From contig CAWCAG010000007.1 in assembly GCA_963793425.1 (NCBI GenBank), positions 1,056,001 to 1,120,000 on the forward strand: DNA of 64,000 nucleotides. The letters run 5' to 3'. The notes under the pieces were generated by a model. The model had not been told where the DNA came from and ran no database searches. It worked only from the letters and a program-made list of their open reading frames with translations. Source of the stretch: an uncultured cyanobacterium. GTDB lineage: Bacteria > Cyanobacteriota > Cyanobacteriia > Cyanobacteriales > CAWCAG01. The translations under genes were made by a program, and so were the position numbers. Below are positions 31,372 to 42,299 of this stretch, one piece after another. The number at the start of each line of letters is the position of its first letter. Position 1 is the stretch's first letter.

Positions 31372-34300
31372 ATGAGTTCGCTTCTACAATTTTCTGAGCA
31401 GGAAATTCGACTCCCTTCTACGTCTGAACTGTTGTTACGTCGGCGACTCAAGCTAGTAGAAGAGTTGTGGGAATCAGTTCTGCGGTATGAATGTGGTCAG
31501 GAATTATTAGATTTGCTGAAGCAGCTACGGTCAATGTGTTCTCCGGAAGGGTTGACCACAGAGTTACCAGAGTCCTCTATACCGAAATTAATCGCTAAGT
31601 TAGAGCTTGATGATGCCATTAAAGCAGCCCGTGCTTTCGCTCTTTATTTCCAGTTAATTAATATTGTTGAGCAACACTACGAACAAAAAGATCAACAAAT
31701 TTCTCGCCAAGTTACCTACAAAGAGCAAAAGCAGAAATATTTACCCAACTCTGGTGATCCAGAAAATGGGACTACAGGAGATTCTTCTGTTGGAGTTAAT
31801 CGCTTAGAAAAAAGTTGGCAAGATAGTAAAGAAAACCAACTTTTTCAAACAGGTACTTTCCACTGGCTTTTCCCTCACCTCAAAAAGGTGAATATGCCAC
31901 CTCAAACCATCCAAAGATTACTAGAACAGCTAGATGTACGCTTAGTCTTTACTGCCCACCCCACAGAAATTGTCCGCCACACAATTCGCAAAAAACAGCG
32001 CTGTATTTCCGGCATTCTCCAGCAACTTGATCAAGCAGAAGAACGCTTGCAAGCGAAGTTACCCAATAATAGTTCGGCAATGGCCACATCTTGGGAAATT
32101 GATGCGGCAACAGAACAAATCATGGAGGAAATTCGCCTCTGGTGGCGAACTGACGAACTGCATCAATTTAAGCCTCAAGTTTTAGATGAGGTAGATTATG
32201 CTCTTCATTACTTCGATACAGTTTTATTTGATGTAATCCCAGAGCTTTCAACTAGACTTAAACAAGCCCTAAAGACAGCTTTCCCCAGTTTACGCCCTCC
32301 CCAAAACAACTTCTGTTGCTTCGGTTCTTGGGTCGGTTCTGACCGAGATGGTAATCCTTCAGTAACTCCGGAAGTAACTTGGTCAACAGCTTGTTACCAA
32401 AGGGATCTGGTTTTGAGTAAGTATATCGAGTCTGTGGAAAAGCTGACTAGTTCTTTAAGCCTATCTTTACATTGGAGCAATGTCTTACCGGAACTACTTG
32501 ATTCCTTGGAACAAGACCGCTTACATATGCCAGAGATTTATGAACAGTTGGCTATTCGCTATCGTCAAGAACCCTATCGTTTGAAACTAGCTTACATTAC
32601 CAAACGTCTTAGCAATACCCGTAAGCGCAACAATATTTTAGCCACTAATGATTTATCCCAACAGCAAGGCTTAAAAGATATTGCCCCCCAAAGCTTATAT
32701 CAATCCGGGGAAGATTTTCTGGCTGAGTTGCAATTAATTCAACGTAACCTTGTTGAAACTGGCTTAAGTTGTCGTGACTTAGACCGTTTAATCTCTCAAG
32801 CGGAAATCTATGGCTTTAACTTAGCGCGATTGGATATGCGCCAAGAATCTTCGCGACATTCCGATTCTTTAGAAGAAATTGCTGAATATTTACAAGTTCT
32901 GCCCAAGAAATATAACGAACTTTCCGAATCAGAACGCTCAATTTGGTTAACCACAGAACTACAAACTCGCCGTCCCCTTATTCCTGCGGAGATGCCTTTT
33001 TCTGAGAGAACCTGCGAAACCATTGAAACTTTCCGGATGTTGCGGACAATGCAACAGGAGTTTGGGGTTAATATTTGCCATACTTACATTATTAGTATGA
33101 GCAACGATGTTAGCGATATTCTCGAAGTTTTATTATTAGCCAAAGAATCAGGACTCTACGACCCAGCCACAGGAATAAGTACCATTAGGGTAGTTCCTTT
33201 ATTTGAAACTGTAGATGACCTTAAACGCGCCCCTGGAGTAATGGAATCGCTGTTTGAGTTGCCTTTATACAATGCTGCTTTAACAGGGGGTTATAGTAGC
33301 GACTCTCAACCCCTAGGACTCCAACCTCCTAACCTCCAGGAAGTTATGCTTGGTTATTCCGACAGCAATAAAGACTCAGGATTTCTAAGTAGTAACTGGG
33401 AGATTCATAAAGCCCAAAAAGCCCTAGAAAAGATTGCCAAGAAATTTAATATCGCTTTGCGGATTTTTCATGGTCGAGGCGGTTCCGTCGGTAGAGGTGG
33501 TGGCCCCGCCTACGAAGCTATTTTAGCTCAACCAAATTCCACCGTTAACGGCCGTATTAAAATTACCGAACAAGGAGAAGTTCTGGCTTCTAAATACTCC
33601 TTACCAGATTTAGCCCTTTATCACCTCGAATCTGTTACAACAGCAGTAATTCAAGCTAGCTTATTAGGTAGTGGTTTTGATGATATTGAGCCTTGGAACA
33701 AAATTATGGAGGAGTTAGCAGCTAAAGCACGGGCTTCTTACCGCGCCTTAATTTACGAACAGCCAGATTTTATTGACTTTTTCATGTCCGTCACCCCAAT
33801 CCAAGAAATTAGTCAACTACAAATTAGTTCTCGCCCCGCCCGCCGTAAAAAAGGTAAAAAGGATTTGAGTAGCTTGCGGGCTATTCCTTGGGTCTTTAGT
33901 TGGACTCAAAGCCGCTTTCTTCTACCGGCTTGGTATGGTGTTGGTACGGCACTCAAAGAGTTTCTCGACAAAGAACCAGAAGAAAACTTGAAGCTATTAC
34001 GCTATTTCTATTTTAAATGGCCTTTTTTCAAAATAGCTATTTCTAAAGTAGAAATGACCTTAGCTAAGGTGGATTTGCAAATGGCTAGTCATTATGTTAA
34101 TGAACTCTCAGCCCCTGAAGATAAGGAACGTTTTGCCAAAGTATCTGACCAAATAACCAATGAATATAATCTTACTCGCGATTTAGTTTTAGTTATTACT
34201 GGTCACAAACGTCTTCTCGATAGTGACCCAGGCTTGCAGCGTTCAGTTCAATTACGCAATGGTACTATCGTTCCTCTAGGTTTTTTACAGGTAGCCCTAC

Positions 34301-34434
34301 TCAAGCGGCTACGAGAATATAGTAACCAAGGTGTTTCAGGAACAATCCACTTCCGTTATAGTAAGGAAGAATTGCTGCGAGGGGCTTTGTTAACGATCAA
34401 CGGTATTGCCGCAGGAATGCGTAACACGGGTTGA
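31372..34434 (+). CDS. ppc: Phosphoenolpyruvate carboxylase
   Basis: [46 protein letters not shown]-terminal MRNTG. Confidence 0.98.
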   Translation: MSSLLQFSEQEIRLPSTSELLLRRRLKLVEELWESVLRYECGQELLDLLKQLRSMCSPEGLTTELPESSIPKLIAKLELDDAIKAARAFALYFQLINIVEQHYEQKDQQISRQVTYKEQKQKYLPNSGDPENGTTGDSSVGVNRLEKSWQDSKENQLFQTGTFHWLFPHLKKVNMPPQTIQRLLEQLDVRLVFTAHPTEIVRHTIRKKQRCISGILQQLDQAEERLQAKLPNNSSAMATSWEIDAATEQIMEEIRLWWRTDELHQFKPQVLDEVDYALHYFDTVLFDVIPELSTRLKQALKTAFPSLRPPQNNFCCFGSWVGSDRDGNPSVTPEVTWSTACYQRDLVLSKYIESVEKLTSSLSLSLHWSNVLPELLDSLEQDRLHMPEIYEQLAIRYRQEPYRLKLAYITKRLSNTRKRNNILATNDLSQQQGLKDIAPQSLYQSGEDFLAELQLIQRNLVETGLSCRDLDRLISQAEIYGFNLARLDMRQESSRHSDSLEEIAEYLQVLPKKYNELSESERSIWLTTELQTRRPLIPAEMPFSERTCETIETFRMLRTMQQEFGVNICHTYIISMSNDVSDILEVLLLAKESGLYDPATGISTIRVVPLFETVDDLKRAPGVMESLFELPLYNAALTGGYSSDSQPLGLQPPNLQEVMLGYSDSNKDSGFLSSNWEIHKAQKALEKIAKKFNIALRIFHGRGGSVGRGGGPAYEAILAQPNSTVNGRIKITEQGEVLASKYSLPDLALYHLESVTTAVIQASLLGSGFDDIEPWNKIMEELAAKARASYRALIYEQPDFIDFFMSVTPIQEISQLQISSRPARRKKGKKDLSSLRAIPWVFSWTQSRFLLPAWYGVGTALKEFLDKEPEENLKLLRYFYFKWPFFKIAISKVEMTLAKVDLQMASHYVNELSAPEDKERFAKVSDQITNEYNLTRDLVLVITGHKRLLDSDPGLQRSVQLRNGTIVPLGFLQVALLKRLREYSNQGVSGTIHFRYSKEELLRGALLTINGIAAGMRNTG

Positions 34435-34446
34435 CTTAAGCTTTAT

Positions 34447-34923
34447 TTATGAACCAAAAACCTTTTTCCAATCTTCTGGATTAGAATAACCTCGCACAGA
34501 ATTGATTTTGTCTCCAGACATTTGTATCGCATCTACTCCTTGTACTGCATAGGGTTTGCCCTGGAAAAAACCGCTTATTTCCCAGTGCAGATCCACTGCT
34601 TCCTGACCATCTGTAGTTAGGGTTAAGATTCGGAAATTGCTACCGGGAACAGAGGCGAAAATCTCTTCAAGGAACTTTTTTGCTTCTTCCGGATTAGCAG
34701 CAGAAAAACCTCCTTCATTTTCTTCATATACTCCATCAGCAGTGAAGGTGGAAAGTACCTGGGTTGGCTTTTGTTGATCCCAACCACGGGCATATTTCTG
34801 GACAGTTTCATAAACAGATTTGTTGAGAATATTTACTCCATTGCTAGCTTGGGCAGTGTGAGTAAAACCAGGTAAAATTAAAATAGAGATTATTAAGCAG
34901 GCGATCGCCAGAATTTTTTTCAT
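34447..34923 (-). CDS. Secreted NTF2/SnoaL-like protein
   Basis: Signal peptide, then Y..GWD, FTADGVYE, HWEISG, GVD....GDKI. Confidence 0.7.
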   Translation of the reverse strand: MKKILAIACLIISILILPGFTHTAQASNGVNILNKSVYETVQKYARGWDQQKPTQVLSTFTADGVYEENEGGFSAANPEEAKKFLEEIFASVPGSNFRILTLTTDGQEAVDLHWEISGFFQGKPYAVQGVDAIQMSGDKINSVRGYSNPEDWKKVFGS

Positions 34924-35581
34924 TTTGATTGGATTGAGTTAGGTTAGCTAAGAGCATTTTGAGGGAAAAATTAGAATGTGTATCAAACTTGTAAATAAAT
35001 TTTGGATTTTCTCTTCTTTCCTCTAAAGCTGGGGATAATTTTTGCAAAAACTATTTTTATTCTTAACCTACACACTGGTAACTTCACTAAGTAAGTGATG
35101 AAGATCACAGAAAAGCGTGAGCTAAATACCAGATAATTTTTGCCATATCTAGTAACCTCAGTACGTCAAACTAAAATGTCTTCTTTGGTTTTAACTAAAT
35201 AACTTGGCTGACTACTATGTCTTATTGAAATAAAGCCTAAGCTGATTGATTGACGGTGGTTTTTTAGAGCAATAAAAATTAACTGAATATAAGCATAACG
35301 AAATAGAAAAGACATACTATATCTTTGGTTATACTCCGGTAAATATAGGCTTGAAAGCTAATTAACTATTAGGCAATCTAGTCCAATTATGTCCTGAAAT
35401 CTAGCGGCTTAGTAAGTAAAGGTTAATAGATAAGGTGAAGCAAAAAAACACCATATTTGATGTCTATCAATAGTTATATTATATTCCTAAAATTAAGTAC
35501 CCAATTAATTATGGTTCAACTTTTTTAGCTTTCGTCAAGGTCTTCTTGGAATTTCATCTAAAAAACAGTTTATAAACATTC

Positions 35582-36505
35582 ATGTCTAGCCTAAAAGAGC
35601 AATTCAAAATTCAATTTTGGGGAGTGAGGGGAAGTATTCCTTGCCCAGGGCCGGAGACTGTCCGCTACGGAGGCAATACTCCTTGCCTTGATATGGTAGT
35701 AAATGGGAAACATTTGATTTTTGATGGTGGTACGGGTTTACGAGTATTAGGGCAGTCTTTGCTACCCCAGCGCAACCTAGAAGGCTATATGTTCTTTACC
35801 CATTCCCATTGGGACCATATTCAGGGTTTTCCTTTCTTTGTTCCTGCCTTTGTACCCGGTAATATGTTCCATATTCATGGTGCAGTTGCCCCCAATGGAG
35901 AAACCGTAGAACAGCGGCTTCATAACCAGATGCTGCACCCCAATTTTCCTGTACCTTTGCGAGTGATGCAAGCGAACTTGAAATTTTACGACCTAGAAGT
36001 TGGCGACAAAATTAGTATAGGAGATATTGTGGTTGAGAATGGCAGACTCAATCACCCTGGAGAAGCCATCGGCTATCGGGTTACCTGGCAAGGAAAAACC
36101 GCAGCTTATGTTAGTGATACAGAACATTTTCCCGAAGGGTTAGATAAAAATGTTCTTCATTTAGCTCATCAAGCAGATGTCTTAATTATTGATGCAACTT
36201 ACACTGACGAAGAGTACTACAGCGAAAAGTTTAGTAAAGTTGGTTGGGGGCATTCAACTTGGCAAGAGGCCGTCAAAATAGCTAAAGCTGCTGAGGTTAA
36301 GCAATTGGTTATTTTCCATCATGATCCTCTTCACAACGATGGTTTTCTGGATGAAGTTGGTAAACAAGCGGCGGCGGAATTTCCTAACACCATTTTGGCT
36401 AGGGAGGGTATGTCCATAGAATTAATGGAAGCAGATTTTCCCACAGTCTATCAACCTGAAATGTCAAAAGCAGAGGAACTCGCCACAAAATATGTCAAAA
36501 TGTAA
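35582..36505 (+). CDS. MBL-fold metallo-hydrolase
   Basis: FWGVRGSIP, YGGNTPC, THSHWDHIQG, SDTEH, WGHS, FHHDP. Confidence 0.9.
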   Translation: MSSLKEQFKIQFWGVRGSIPCPGPETVRYGGNTPCLDMVVNGKHLIFDGGTGLRVLGQSLLPQRNLEGYMFFTHSHWDHIQGFPFFVPAFVPGNMFHIHGAVAPNGETVEQRLHNQMLHPNFPVPLRVMQANLKFYDLEVGDKISIGDIVVENGRLNHPGEAIGYRVTWQGKTAAYVSDTEHFPEGLDKNVLHLAHQADVLIIDATYTDEEYYSEKFSKVGWGHSTWQEAVKIAKAAEVKQLVIFHHDPLHNDGFLDEVGKQAAAEFPNTILAREGMSIELMEADFPTVYQPEMSKAEELATKYVKM

Positions 36506-36508
36506 AGT

Positions 36509-37441
36509 GTGTGGTTAACATCATCTACAGACCAAGTACTGACACCAACTGCGATCGCCCTCGGTAACTTTGACGGTATCCATCGAGGACATATTCAAGT
36601 GGTCAAACCGGTTTTGGCTTCAGATTTCCATGGCAAAGCTATTCCTACCGTTGTTAGTTTTGATCCTCATCCTAGAGAGTTCTTTTCTGGCCAAAGCCAC
36701 AAACTTTTAACTCCAGGGGAGGAAAGGGTACTGCAACTAGAAAATTTAGGGGTGCAGCAGTTAGTTTTATTGCCTTTCGACCATAAGTTGGCTGCTTTAA
36801 CTCCTCAAGAATTTATTACAGAAATCTTAGTTAAAAGACTGCAAGTTACTTATATAAGTGTAGGAAAAGACTTTCACTTTGGTCGCAATAGAAAGGGAAC
36901 CACAGCAGATTTAAAGGCGATCACTACACCTTTGGGTATTCAAGTGGGGATTGCTTCGTTACAAAATTGTACTGGAGATGGATATAGTGAGCAACCGATA
37001 CGTATCAGCAGTTCTCTTATTCGTCAAGCTTTAAGGGAGGGTAAAATTCCTCAAGCCAACTACTTACTGGGTCGTCCTTATACTCTGATTGGCAAGGTAG
37101 TTGTCGGACAAAAATTAGGCAGAAGTATTGGTTTTCCTACTGCTAATCTCCAACTACCAGAAAACAAGTTTTTGCCGCGCCAAGGAGTGTACAGCGTCCA
37201 GGTAACCCTTGCTGATCACTTTTCTATGCCTGGAGTGATGAATTTAGGCTGTCGTCCCACGGTGGATGGTAAGTCCACAGCTATAGAAGTATATTTATTG
37301 GATTGGTCAGGGGATTTATATGGCCAGACCTTAACTGTTAACTTGAAACGGTTTTTGCGTCCCGAACAAAAATTTTCTTCCTTAGATGCCTTGAAACAAC
37401 AAATCGCTTCGGACTGCGAGGCAGTTAGGATAGAGAGTTAA
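36509..37441 (+). CDS. ribF: Bifunctional riboflavin kinase / FAD synthetase
   Basis: ALGNFDGIHRGH, ISSSLIR, GRSIGFPTAN, LRPEQKF. Confidence 0.95.
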   Translation: MWLTSSTDQVLTPTAIALGNFDGIHRGHIQVVKPVLASDFHGKAIPTVVSFDPHPREFFSGQSHKLLTPGEERVLQLENLGVQQLVLLPFDHKLAALTPQEFITEILVKRLQVTYISVGKDFHFGRNRKGTTADLKAITTPLGIQVGIASLQNCTGDGYSEQPIRISSSLIRQALREGKIPQANYLLGRPYTLIGKVVVGQKLGRSIGFPTANLQLPENKFLPRQGVYSVQVTLADHFSMPGVMNLGCRPTVDGKSTAIEVYLLDWSGDLYGQTLTVNLKRFLRPEQKFSSLDALKQQIASDCEAVRIES

Positions 37442-37471
37442 TCTCATTAAATATTAAGCATTTATCGTTTC

Positions 37472-37867
37472 ATGACTAAAAAAGTAATTGTCACTAATAA
37501 AGCACCGGCCCCGGTGGGACCTTATAACCAGGCGATCATAGCTACAGGTAAAATGGTCTTTGTTGCCGGCCAAATTCCTTTACATCCAGAAAGTGGCGAG
37601 ATTATTGGTATAGGAGATATTGCTGTACAAACTAAACAGGTAATGGCTAATTTACAAGCTATACTTCAAGCCGCGACAGCAAACTGGGAAGATGTGGTAA
37701 AAACAACAGTTTATCTCTCAGACTTAGAGAATTTTACCGCCATGAACCAAGTTTACGCTCAATATTTTCAAGATTCCACTGCCCCAGCTAGGGCGACAGT
37801 TGAAGTCGCACGCCTACCGAAAGATGTGTTAGTAGAAATAGATTGTATTGCGGTAGCAAGTGATTAA
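37472..37867 (+). CDS. ridA: RidA family enamine/imine deaminase
   Basis: APAPVGPYNQA, AGQIP, VVKTTV, PARATVEVARLP..VLVEID. Confidence 0.9.
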   Translation: MTKKVIVTNKAPAPVGPYNQAIIATGKMVFVAGQIPLHPESGEIIGIGDIAVQTKQVMANLQAILQAATANWEDVVKTTVYLSDLENFTAMNQVYAQYFQDSTAPARATVEVARLPKDVLVEIDCIAVASD

Positions 37868-37910
37868 AAACACTCTGATCAATGAAACGCCCCTGAAGTC
37901 TAGGATCTTG

Positions 37911-37948
37911 GCAACTAGCAACTAGCAACTAGCAACTAGCAACTAGCA
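37911..37948 (+). repeat. Heptamer tandem repeat (GCAACTA)5
   Basis: Five exact copies; related units at 20121-20145, 51196-51230 and 54867-54898. Confidence 0.9.
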
Positions 37949-37982
37949 CTTTTATTAACAAATGTAACAATAATGCTGGCAT

Positions 37983-38025
37983 AACGTCTTACCATCTTGA
38001 CAGCCTTAGAAAAACCTCTTATTCT
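37983..38025 (+). promoter_or_regulatory. Sigma70-type promoter of the RHH-ycf46-ycf35 operon with overlapping direct repeats
   Basis: TTGACA (37997-38002)-N17-TATTCT (38020-25); repeats AACGTCTT/ACCATCTT/GACAGCCT cover the -35 box. Confidence 0.65.
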
Positions 38026-38064
38026 GTATTCCTATACCCGCTGGGTAGAACGATTGAGAGCGAT

Positions 38065-38415
38065 ATGCCAGATAAGCAAAAAGTAACACTATATCTTCCC
38101 CCAGGACTCCACCGTCAGCTCAAAATTAGAGCGGCTGTTGATATTGACTCCATGTCATCAATGGTGGAAAAGGCAATCGTCTTCTATTTAGAACATCCCC
38201 AAGTAGTTGAAGAGGTTGAAGCCTTTAGTGGCAAAACCCATCAAATTCACGCTTGTCCTGAATGTAGCAGCTCTTTGGTGATGCGAGATGGAAAGATGGT
38301 TTCTTTGAACAATCAGCCTGGAGTCATGGCTGAGGAAAGCCCGGTAGAAAAAGTACAAGAACAAGTTGCTTGTAGTACTGATTCTCAGGGAGAGGAAGAA
38401 CTGGTTCCTTGCTAA
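38065..38415 (+). CDS. Ribbon-helix-helix-like protein with CxxC motif
   Basis: KQKVTLYLPP.LHRQLKI.AAV...SMS..VE.AI (RHH pattern), then CPEC. Confidence 0.75.
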   Translation: MPDKQKVTLYLPPGLHRQLKIRAAVDIDSMSSMVEKAIVFYLEHPQVVEEVEAFSGKTHQIHACPECSSSLVMRDGKMVSLNNQPGVMAEESPVEKVQEQVACSTDSQGEEELVPC

Positions 38416-38483
38416 GGAGGGTTGGGGCTTACCAGCCTCATAAGTACAGTGGTTGCACCGTGTAAATTTCTAGGTCGATGGTT

Positions 38484-39995
38484 ATGCAAGAAGAGCTAAA
38501 TATCTTAATTCAAGCTCAATATCCCCTCATCTATCTCGTCACTCCTGAAGAGGAGCGAGCTGAGCAAGCTATCAATAAAATTGCTCAGATGAGAACTCAA
38601 CATCGGCGCGTCTTTATCTGGACGGTCACTCACGGTATTGTTGAGTATGGTCAACCCCGTCACGTTACCCAACACAATACTGTTTCTCCAGAAGCAGCAG
38701 TGGAATGGGTAGTTAGGCAAAAAGAACCAGGAATCTTTATTTTCAAAGACCTGCATCCTTTTATTGACGCTCCTGCAACAACCCGATGGCTGCGAGATGC
38801 GATCGCTAGTTTTAAAGGGACAGAAAAAATCATTATTCTCATGTCTCCTGTACAGGAGATCCCTATTGAACTAGAAAAGGAAGTAGTTGTTCTTGATTAT
38901 CCCTTACCGGATTTGAGTGAACTTAATCAAGTCCTGAATCAACAGCTAGAGAAAACCAAGAACCGTCGTACTACAACAGAAGTAAGAGAAAAGCTACTCA
39001 AAGCAGCCCTAGGACTAACACGAGATGAAGCGGAAAAAGTTTACCGTAAAGCTTGTGTCACAGCCGGAAAACTCACTGAAGAAGAAGTAGAAGTCATTCT
39101 CTCTGAGAAGAAGCAAATCATCCGACGTAATGGCATCTTGGAATATATGGAAGAAGATGAAACCATTGATTCTGTGGGCGGCTTAGAAGAGTTAAAGAAG
39201 TGGCTTAAACAGCGCTCCAATGCTTTTACAGAAAGAGCAAGGGAGTACGGTTTGCCTCAGCCCAAAGGAATGCTAATTCTTGGCGTACCAGGTTGTGGTA
39301 AATCCCTCATTGCTAAAACCACCTCTCGTCTTTGGGGTTTGCCTCTGTTACGATTAGATATGGGACGCGTCTACGACGGTTCAATGGTAGGACGTTCTGA
39401 AGCTAACTTACGCAACGCCCTCAAAACAGCCGAATCTATTTCTCCAGCAATTCTCTTTATTGATGAGCTAGATAAATCCTTTGCTGGTGGTACAGGTTCT
39501 TCAGACTCTGATGGTGGTACATCTAGTCGCATTTTTGGTTCCTTCCTTACTTGGATGCAAGAAAAAACATCTCCTGTGTTTGTGATGGCAACAGCGAACC
39601 GTATTGAACGCTTACCAGGAGAATTTCTACGCAAGGGGCGTTTTGATGAAATTTTCTTCGTCGATTTACCTAACGCAGAAGAGCGTATTGCCATATTTAA
39701 AATTCACCTCAGCAAACGTCGCCGAGAGATCAACCGTTTCGACCTCGAACAATTAGCTAAGGTTTCTGAAGGTTTTTCCGGAGCAGAAATAGAACAAGGG
39801 CTAATAGCTGCGATGTATGAAGCGTTCGCCCAAGATCGCGAATTCACCCAGCTAGATATCATCGCTACGATTAAAGCAACCTTACCTCTGTCTCGGACAA
39901 TGACTGAGCAGGTTACCGCCTTAAGAGATTGGGCTAGACAAAGAGCGCGACCTGCAGCAGCCTCCGTAGCTGAATACCAGCGTATGGAGTTCTAA
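38484..39995 (+). CDS. ycf46: Ycf46 family AAA+ ATPase
   Basis: AQYPLIYLVTPEEER, Walker A GVPGCGKS, FIDELDK, ATAN, LRKGRFDEIFFVDLP. Confidence 0.88.
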   Translation: MQEELNILIQAQYPLIYLVTPEEERAEQAINKIAQMRTQHRRVFIWTVTHGIVEYGQPRHVTQHNTVSPEAAVEWVVRQKEPGIFIFKDLHPFIDAPATTRWLRDAIASFKGTEKIIILMSPVQEIPIELEKEVVVLDYPLPDLSELNQVLNQQLEKTKNRRTTTEVREKLLKAALGLTRDEAEKVYRKACVTAGKLTEEEVEVILSEKKQIIRRNGILEYMEEDETIDSVGGLEELKKWLKQRSNAFTERAREYGLPQPKGMLILGVPGCGKSLIAKTTSRLWGLPLLRLDMGRVYDGSMVGRSEANLRNALKTAESISPAILFIDELDKSFAGGTGSSDSDGGTSSRIFGSFLTWMQEKTSPVFVMATANRIERLPGEFLRKGRFDEIFFVDLPNAEERIAIFKIHLSKRRREINRFDLEQLAKVSEGFSGAEIEQGLIAAMYEAFAQDREFTQLDIIATIKATLPLSRTMTEQVTALRDWARQRARPAAASVAEYQRMEF

Positions 39996-40140
39996 AAGGC
40001 TTTCTCCTGCTTCCCAACAGGAGCGAAGGCTAGCGAGTTTTCCGCTAGCAGTTTAAAAAAAGACCGCCCCTTAAATCAAAGTTAGGCGGCATCCATAAAA
40101 CCCTAACATCGTCGTTTAATTCCCTTTAGGAGGAAATCCC

Positions 40141-40494
40141 ATGTCCCACTTTAGCACTCTGCGTACCAAAATTACTGAAGCTGAAATTCTTAAGACTTCT
40201 TTGCGTGATTTAGGTATCAGCACTAAGACCGAAGCTGATGTTCGTGGCTACAATGGTCAGCGCCTTCGCGCTGACATCGTTGCAGTTCTCGAAGGCGAGT
40301 ATGATCTTGGTTGGTCCCGTAATAGCGATGGCACCTTCGATTTAATCGCGGATCTCTGGGGTGTTGCGAAAAAGCACAACCAAACCGAATTGATCAACTC
40401 CATCAATCAAAAGTATGCTGTTAACAAAACTTTAAATGAAGTTAAGCAGCGCGGTCTACAAAACGCTAACGTTAAGTTGGTTGTTCAAAAATAG
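40141..40494 (+). CDS. ycf35: Ycf35 / DUF1257 family protein
   Basis: MSHFSTLRTKI, VRGYNGQ, FDLIADLW, INQKYA; AGGAGG RBS. Confidence 0.85.
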   Translation: MSHFSTLRTKITEAEILKTSLRDLGISTKTEADVRGYNGQRLRADIVAVLEGEYDLGWSRNSDGTFDLIADLWGVAKKHNQTELINSINQKYAVNKTLNEVKQRGLQNANVKLVVQK

Positions 40495-40570
40495 AACTTG
40501 AAGTGCGTTCCCAAGTTGACGGGTTGATCCAATTTTGTGGTTAACCCTTTTTTCTTGATTGGTAATCAAA

Positions 40571-40613
40571 GAAGCCCAGATAGCCATAAGCTACACTGGG
40601 CTTCGTTTTTTTT
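40571..40613 (+). terminator. Intrinsic terminator after ycf35
   Basis: GAAGCCCAG...CTGGGCTTC hairpin followed by GTTTTTTT. Confidence 0.7.
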
Positions 40614-40743
40614 GACAAGGCTCTAAAGCAAGAAGATTTTGTGACAAAGATAGATTAAAATGAAATAGGTTTACGTAACTTAACCAACTGTATTAAGTTA
40701 CGTGAATTTAACTTGCAAAATCTATTCAGACAAGATTTTAACT

Positions 40744-41697
40744 ATGCCATTTACTCTTGACTCAGCCCGTGGAATTTTTCCTAGCACTTTATCTGCTGAT
40801 GCAGTGCCAGCAACAATTGCTAGGTTTGAACAACTCAGTGCTGAAGACCAACTTGCCTTAATCTGGTTTGCTTACTTAGAAATGGGTAAAACTATTACTA
40901 TTGCTGCTCCTGGTTCAGCTAGTATGCAGTTTGCAGAGGGAACCATCAGCAAAATTAAGCAAATGAGCTTCCAAGAGCAAAGTCAGGCAATGTGTGACTT
41001 GGCAAACCATGAGGATACAGAAATTTGCCGTACCTATGGTAGTTGGTCACCGAATATTAAGTTAGGCTTTTGGTATCGTTTAGGGGAGTTAATGGAAAAG
41101 GGAGTTGTTGCTCCAATTCCAGAAGGCTATCAACTCTCTGCTAATGCTAAAGCTATATTAGAAGCAATTAAAGGATTAGAATCAGGACAACAAATCACAG
41201 TTCTACGCAACTCTGTAGTTAATATGGGCTATTCAAGTAGTTCAGATAGTACTAGGGTTTCTGAGCCAGTTGCCCCTCCTCAAGATATAGCTAAGCGTAC
41301 TAAGGTTACTATTGAAGGTGTTACTAACTCTACTGTTTTAGAGTATATGAACAGCCTTAACGCTAATGACTTTGAAGCGTTGATTGAACTATTTGCTCCT
41401 GATGGTGCGCTGCAACCTCCCTTCCGTAAACCAATCATTGGTAAGGATGCTGTATTACGATTTTTTAAGGAAGAATGCCAAAACTTGAAACTCAATCCAG
41501 AACGGGGAGTTTCTGAACCAGCAGAGGACGGTTATACTCAAACGAAGGTGACAGGTAAGGTAGAAACTCCTTGGTTTGGTGTTGGTGTAGGTATGAATAT
41601 TGCTTGGAGATTTTTGCTCAATGACCAAGGTAAGATTTTCTTTGTTGCCATTGATTTGTTAGCTTCCCCTAAAGAACTGTTAAATTTGGCACGTTAG
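40744..41697 (+). CDS. ocp: Orange carotenoid protein (OCP1 type, with adjacent FRP)
   Basis: MPFTLDSARGIFP, SAEDQLALIWFAY, KLGFWY, NTF2-like CTD with VLEYMN and IAWRF, ends SPKELLNL; 317 aa. Confidence 0.96.
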   Translation: MPFTLDSARGIFPSTLSADAVPATIARFEQLSAEDQLALIWFAYLEMGKTITIAAPGSASMQFAEGTISKIKQMSFQEQSQAMCDLANHEDTEICRTYGSWSPNIKLGFWYRLGELMEKGVVAPIPEGYQLSANAKAILEAIKGLESGQQITVLRNSVVNMGYSSSSDSTRVSEPVAPPQDIAKRTKVTIEGVTNSTVLEYMNSLNANDFEALIELFAPDGALQPPFRKPIIGKDAVLRFFKEECQNLKLNPERGVSEPAEDGYTQTKVTGKVETPWFGVGVGMNIAWRFLLNDQGKIFFVAIDLLASPKELLNLAR

Positions 41698-41733
41698 AGA
41701 GATTAAGTTACTTGTTAATGACAAATTCTCATT

Positions 41734-41789
41734 ATGAGCGCTCGGCTTAATTTAACTTTACTTAAGATACAAGGAGCGCTCATTTTTTT
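41734..41789 (+). terminator. Hairpin/terminator between ocp and frp
   Basis: ATGAGCGCTC ... GAGCGCTCAT inverted repeat followed by a T run. Confidence 0.55.
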
Positions 41790-41929
41790 GAGCTTATACC
41801 GAATCTATTTTCATCGGGTCGCTCAATACTAGGGAGTGAAGTTTGAGAACTTTATTCCCTCGGTTTTATGACAGTTGGGGTGCAGGATAACGTTAATTTA
41901 ATATGACTATATAGAATTGAATTTTGACA

Positions 41930-42256
41930 ATGCAAGTGAATGAAATTAGTTGGTCTGAGAAGGAACAGGAAATAGCTAAAGAAGCATTTAATAAAGCTTA
42001 TGAGCGAGAAACTTCTGCTTTAATTAATGAAGTTCGTAGTCAAGCAAGTAGGCTTGTAGAGCTTGATGATTTGTGGAAACTACATGACTTCTTGAGTGCA
42101 AGAAGGCATTATCTAGATGGTAAGTATGACTATAGCTGTTCAGAGCTTATCTTTACTTTTGCTAGCTTAGTTAAGGAAGGATGGTTGCAACTTGAAGAAC
42201 TTCAAGGTTTAGAGAATAACAAGCTTAGTAAGGTAGCTGCCCTTATGCGAATATGA
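41930..42256 (+). CDS. frp: Fluorescence recovery protein
   Basis: WSEKEQ.IA..AF.KAYERE, LW.LHDFLSARRH..DGKYD; directly downstream of ocp. Confidence 0.93.
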   Translation: MQVNEISWSEKEQEIAKEAFNKAYERETSALINEVRSQASRLVELDDLWKLHDFLSARRHYLDGKYDYSCSELIFTFASLVKEGWLQLEELQGLENNKLSKVAALMRI

Positions 42257-42299
42257 AATAGCGAAGAAGATAAACTGCGATTACAAGACCTGTTTACTA

